From: Tubiluchus corallicola
Taxonomy: Eukaryota; Animalia; Priapulida
Direction of reading: 5' to 3'
DNA: 12,863 bases
Assembly: GCA_030141605.1 (NCBI GenBank)
Contig: JAQGDQ010002149.1
Span: 1 to 12,863, forward strand
Shown: positions 7,991 through 12,863 of the stretch, one piece after another
How the letters are laid out: the number at the start of each line of letters is the position of its first letter
How positions within the stretch are numbered: the stretch's first letter is position 1
Program-made: the position numbers and the translations under genes
Notes under the pieces: model-generated
The model's database searches: none
Told to the model about the DNA's origin: nothing
The model's input: only the letters and a program-made list of their open reading frames with translations

Positions 7991-8731
7991 CTTGCTTATC
8001 AAAACTGTCTATTAGTCGGCATAGTTAAATTTATGTTATGATGCTTCAAACAAGAATGACCTAAAAATTTGGACAAGTGTCAATTTTTCGTATTTTATAA
8101 AAACCAACGCTAAATACATTGGATTTTATATTCTAGCATGAAACCATCAAAAAAAGTGTTCAATAAACACTAAAAAATGTCAAAACTACGTTATGATGCT
8201 TCAAAGCAGAATGACCTAAAAATTTGGTCAACTGTCATTTTGTAAAAACAGAAACTGAATATCTTGGACTTTTATATTCTAGCATCAAATTATCATTTGA
8301 TGAAAATGATAAAAAACACTTAAACTCAAATTTTATAACTCCCTACCCACTTTCCTGGCTAGAAACTAGTACTGTAAGTGTAAAGAGCTCCTATTTTTAA
8401 ACTCCGATAGTAGCTCGGACAGTCTTTTCTGTTGTCAAGCCCAGATCTCCATCAGGAAGAACCATCTACTGGATTCAAACATAACTTCAATGTGTTCTTG
8501 AAAAGTCCGTAGCAACCAACATTTGTGCAGTTGCTAAGTCATTTGTAGGAACACGACAAAAAACAATGGCCAATCTTTTTGGTGCATAGCCGGCACATCA
8601 ACTTCAACGTGGATTATCTCAGCTTTGAAATAACATAGAGTGATGAGCTTGGTATGAAAATGATTCTAATAAAATGGAGATGCAGACCTGCTACCAACTT
8701 ATGGATGATTTTGCTATGGAAGCTAGGCATG
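7991..8731. mobile_element. Degenerate non-autonomous TIR element, copy 1 (with an internal duplication of about 155 bp)
   Basis: Collinear with 11556-12124, for example acttcaacgtggattatctcagctt, gctagaaactaNtactg and aaacataacttcaat. Segment of about 8025-8150 is repeated at about 8180-8295. Left end eroded. Confidence 0.75.
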
Positions 8732-8924
8732 AGAATGAAAAATTGCAAAAAGCTGGCCGCTCCTATGCAAAAGTATATAAAAACTGTCTGCAATTGACTC
8801 AAATAACTCCGCACAATTGATTCTATATTTTTATACATAGAGATCTACACGTGGTTACACTGATGTATGTGATGTAAACAAAGTGACGGCCTGCCAACTA
8901 CCGGTCAGTTTGTGAAATAATGTA

Positions 8925-9033
8925 CTGGGTCCGTAAGAATTTTCTCAACGAATTTACGCGATTTACAAAAATAGCACTACTGGTCTTCCAAAAACTCGGA
9001 ATTCCGCGTATCCGCGGAAAATTCTCATCCCTG
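8925..9033. mobile_element. Single hAT-like terminus (fragment)
   Basis: Ends in ...tccgcggaaaattctcatccctg; the reverse complement CAGGGATGA resembles the Ac-type TIR CAGGGATGAAA. CCGCG subterminal motifs present. Partner end not found and left boundary uncertain. Confidence 0.5.
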
Positions 9034-9116
9034 ATGCAAGCACACATTTAGAGAAAAACTGACTCAAAAAATACTACTGTTGCACCTAAGTATAAGTAAG
9101 ACAACGGAAGAGTTAC

Positions 9117-9165
9117 CTTTTCTGTATAAATCTTCTGCCAGCTGCTGAGTTATGCCGTGAATCTC
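9117..9165 (-). CDS. NISCH: Nischarin internal exon B, 49 nt, phase 0/1
   Basis: tttcAG|GAG ... AAAG|GTaact. Translates EIHGITQQLAEDLYRK(G), similar to nischarin EINGITAALAEELFEKG. Not in the ORF track. Confidence 0.93.
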
Positions 9166-10509
9166 CTGAAATATAAAAAAAAAACGTTTGTCATAATTAC
9201 ATGTACAAAAAAATCAATAAGAATGTCAACGATTGACGCTGATGGCTGATATACAAAGTACTGAGTAAAACAATTAATGACCGTAATTACGAACCAAGAC
9301 AAAAAAATGAGTCACATTTCTGTTCAATAAAAATGTTGCCACCAGGAGAATAAGAGAAAGAGTAAGTTTCATTGCTTGTGGTCAAAAACCTAGCGGTCAA
9401 TTCACAAGCATCTTAGTCACATTCAGCTACAGATACACTCTTTCCTGGACAAGAAAATTAGCCAAAACACGATGCCAAAAAAACTCCTCGGAAACAGTTT
9501 CTGGGAGTCACCCATCCACTTACTAGCCATCTCTGGCACTGTCTACTTTACTTTGAAGTAAAGTGTCCAGTTATTTTCCTTAATACCACATTAAATGAGA
9601 ATATTTTTAGCAAAAGAAGACTTGAACTTGTAAGTTCAGTAGCTTCCTAATCCCAGCTGAACAGTGAAAAAGAACGTTGACTACAAAGTTTTAAAGAGTC
9701 CAGATAATGGAAAACAGAATGATCTTCATAACTTACTCCATTTTAGGTACAGTAAAAACTACACAATTGCCGCCTATATTAATACAAGAGCATTTCCGAT
9801 AATTAAATAATTGATTAACTAATGGAGAGCAGGCCCAACTAGTGATAACATCACAAATGAACATAATTTTCAACACAATCAATGGTAAAATACATGTAGT
9901 AGCGATGAATTAGCAGCACAAATGCAAAATTACATTTGAGTGGTAATGATTTTTTCATTTAAGTTATTCTTGAAAAATAGTGTATGTTCCGTTTCAATAT
10001 TTTACGGAGCAGATTGCTTTGAGCCACAATTCTTGACTGGAACTGATTTTTTCAACATGGCAGAGCACACTTTTTGGAAATGTCTTATTTCATGCTTCTG
10101 CATTGCAATGGCTACTGTAGTTGCCCATAAAGCGCAAAGCCTTGGGTTCGACTCGCAGTGGAAGTGCAAAAATTTCCAGACTTTCACAAGCTTGCGAAAT
10201 TTGATTTTTTTTGCAAAAGAGCAGACATACAAACCTGAAATAAGATTACAGTGATGGCTCATAACTAAGATTCGTGGGGTGCTGCTTCACAAATTTTTAC
10301 CATTGTTTTAATGTTTGTAAAACAATGATGAAGTTCACTTACAATCACAGAACTTATTTCTGTGGGATACAAAAGTGGCAATGATTAAATGACTTTAATT
10401 TTCTGTAAAACAAAAGAACTGAAAAAACTATGAATTAAATAGAATAGCAGGAAAAGCATGATCATTATCTAATTCTACACTTCATCGCATATGACGGTAC
10501 AAGGTTTTT

Positions 10510-10827
10510 AAGTACAACACACGCAGAGTCAAAAAGAAACACTACTAGCACAACAGGGTTAGCCGTGTGTGAGCGATAGTGCTCTGTGCTCTCTCTACCT
10601 AGCGTGCGCAGCTTCTTATCTCAGACAACAGCTAAATACTGAAAGGGCGGAAACTTTAAAGCGCACTGCTCCGTCCCATGCTCTAGTTCCATACAGGGAT
10701 TCACGAGTATGTACAAATATAAAGGACGAATTAAAGAAAAAACTCTTTAAATAGAACGTTTTCGATGATGTCAAGCAAAAATAGGGGGCGCCGCAGTTTC
10801 ACAGTGCCCATACACGAGCCGCCACTA
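10510..10827. mobile_element. Possible DNA transposon fragment (GC-richer patch with a hAT-like end)
   Basis: Ends gggggcgccg...acgagccgccacta; the reverse complement TAGTGGCGGCTC resembles CAGTGGCGG-type termini. No partner TIR or TSD found. Confidence 0.3.
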
Positions 10828-11095
10828 CAAGATTATGTTTCCACAAGCATGAAATATGCACAATTATGCACCATTATTTGCATTTTGTGCATCGCACAGA
10901 CATTATGGTCAACAAAGACAAGACACAAAATGTGAATAAGACAAGACTCATTTGGGACTTAAAGAAGAAATCAAAAACACCCCAAGGCCACACAGTGTCC
11001 ATATCAAACGTTACAGCATTTGTGAATGGTACACCAGTCAAAAAATCTCTCACCAAATGAGCAAAGTTTGAAGAAGCAAACGGCCCTGAACTTAC

Positions 11096-11275
11096 GTATT
11101 TATCGAAGTCTAAAAACAAGGCAAGATGGCGTGGTATCACAGGTATGTTACGCATGACAATCTGCAGGTAGATTTCCAACTCTCCCAGCCGGCGGCGCAC
11201 GAACGATTCGGACTGCTTTCCAAACAGCTTCTTAGGTGGCAGCAGCGTCTTTTCCAATTTGTATTCAGAGACGAG
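11096..11275 (-). CDS. NISCH: Nischarin internal exon A (C-terminal part of PX domain), 180 nt, phase 0/0
   Basis: Acceptor ctttctttcAG|CTC and donor TAC|GTaag. Translates LVSEYKLEKTLLPPKKLFGKQSESFVRRRLGELEIYLQIVMRNIPVIPRHLALFLDFDKY, matching the PX motif LPPKK..G and the recalled nischarin LVAERKIDKNLLPPKKIIGKNS...LEVYLQ. Confidence 0.95.
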
Positions 11276-11555
11276 CTGAAAGAAAGTGATTAGGAGATGT
11301 CATGGAGTAAAACATTGATTCTCTGAACATTTTAGCAGCACAGCAGCTGAACAATCAACTATGCCAATATGAACTCATGATTCAGTGTCATTGCAAAAAT
11401 AAATTGATTTTTTACTTTTTAACTGCAAAATCCAGTCACTAAGAAAATTTTATTTAAAGTATGTTAGAAAAACAGAACCAAAAAGTAGTGTAATGTGTAA
11501 TGAAGAGCAATTTCACATTTATCTATCATATAATAATAATAATACATAAAATTTA

Positions 11556-12124
11556 CATGTGTGCCTGCAAATCAATATTGTCCACAAGCTGGCATAGTTA
11601 AAACTACGTTATAATGTTTCAAAGTAGAATTTATAAAAACAAATGCTAAATATATTAAGCTTTCGTATTCTAACACCAAATTATCAAGAAAAAACACAAA
11701 TCTAACTTTCTAAATATAAAGCTGCACCCATTTTTCATGCTAGAAACTACTACTGCAATTCCAAAAAACTGGTTATTTCAAACTGAGATATTAGCTCGTG
11801 GAAGCAATCATTTTACTGAATTTAAACATAACTTCAATTTGCTCTTGCAAAATCTGTAGCAACAACATTTGTACGGTTGCTAAGTGTTTTCTAGAAATGC
11901 GACAAAAACAATGGATAATTTTAACAGCAATTTTCTCAAGATTAAGTTTTTCAGTGCGCAGCCTGCACCTCGACTTCAACGTGGATTATCTCAGCTTAGA
12001 AATAACGTAGAGCGATGAACTTGATATCAAAATGATCCTCATGAAATGGAGATTTAGCATACGCGAATAACTAGAAAATCTTGATTGCTGACTTATGGAA
12101 GATTTTGTTGTGCAAGCAGACATA
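11556..12124. mobile_element. Degenerate non-autonomous TIR element, copy 2 (TA-flanked)
   Basis: Imperfect TIR: atgtgtgcctgcaaatcaatattgtccacaagctggc versus the reverse complement of the right end, atgtctgcttgcacaacaaaatcttccataagtcagc (26/37 ungapped by eye). TA at 11554-11555 and 12125-12126. Confidence 0.75.
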
Positions 12125-12671
12125 TAGAGCCCCAAGTATACGAAAATACACAGTTGAGCTTTACAATCAAGGATTTTACAAAACTTAAAATAAATCATGA
12201 AACTGTTTACACCGCTCATAAAGAAAAGCCTTAAAAATTTAGATTAAAAATCAATATAAAATCTAGTTAGCAGAATGCAGGCAAAATCAAAATGCAATTT
12301 AATTCCCACATTGTAATATAAAAAGGTATGTCTTGAACAATTTTTCAAACGTAATTATATTATAATTCTAAGTATTGCAGCTTCTAATGTTCAATGGAAG
12401 TTTGTTCCAAACAGTTGGAGAGGCAAGGGAAAAGGTACGCGTACATAAAGTCTTTGTTTGTGTCTGTCCATAAGAATGACAGTAACACATATATTATGTC
12501 CAAAAAAGCACAATGACCATTTTTTACTATAACTGAAATTAATAAATACACCTTTGCACAGCAAAATAATTAGAAATTAGTACGAATTTTAGTATTTTGG
12601 CAATTTCACAAATTATAAAAAACACATCAGAGCCCGAATGGCTTTCCTGTCATAAAAATTTTACTTTGAAC

Positions 12672-12863
12672 AAAAAATTCACATAATATATACACCAAAA
12701 ACGTACATAGGAAAAAATTTACATAATATATACACAAAAATGTATATAGGAAAAAATTTGCATAATATATACACAAAAATGTATATAGGAAAAAATTTAC
12801 ATAATATATACACCAAAAACGTACATAGGAAAAAATTTACATAATATATACACAAAAATGTAT
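12672..12863. repeat. 39-40-bp minisatellite, about 5 copies, cut by the window end
   Basis: aaaaaatttacataatatatacac(c)aaaaaYgtaYatagg at 12672, 12712, 12751, 12790 and 12830. Confidence 0.95.

Noticed and set aside
10100-10170. tRNA gene or tRNA-derived SINE (GGTTCGACTC B-box-like motif at 10145)
   Set aside because: No convincing A box or cloverleaf could be built. At most a decayed SINE head; tRNAscan-SE and a Dfam search would decide.
10874-11095. C-terminal extension of the PX ORF as a transmembrane tail
   Set aside because: Similarity to nischarin stops at the consensus donor TAC|GTAAG (11095) and resumes in exon B, so this is intronic read-through.
8614-12219. Similar short ORFs 8614-8838 and 11986-12219 (ending ...SSSLYVISKLR) as paralogous genes
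   Set aside because: The similarity comes from the two copies of the TIR element; the ORFs diverge outside the shared segment.
11276-12863. Upstream PX exon (expected to contain an RYS.F motif)
   Set aside because: No matching coding segment with splice sites was found by eye; it probably lies beyond the window end.

Overview
AT-rich eukaryotic (animal, probably invertebrate) genomic DNA, not a prokaryotic window. It holds eight consecutive internal coding exons of a nischarin (NISCH/IRAS) orthologue on the minus strand. In transcript order they are 11275-11096, 9165-9117, 7778-7683, 6249-6083, 3705-3610, 3102-2977, 1239-985 and 349-221. All have GT-AG junctions and join into one stop-free 1098-nt (366-aa) frame covering the end of the PX domain and the LRR region. 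The start and end of the gene lie outside the window. The introns are full of minisatellites (18, 23, 24, 24, 39-40, 48 and 66 bp units) and non-autonomous transposons: a pogo/Tigger-like MITE nested in a LINE 3' remnant, a hAT MITE with an 8-bp TSD, two copies of an old TIR element, and single hAT-like ends. Most long ORFs in the supplied track are translations of these repeats. The most unusual feature is a 15-copy 66-bp array made from a real intron/exon junction. It gives 15 in-frame tandem splice acceptors, 13 of which lead to a premature stop. Several other arrays also abut splice sites and carry 3' splice-site-like motifs on the transcribed strand. Any function for these arrays is a hypothesis; the sequence alone does not prove a new system.
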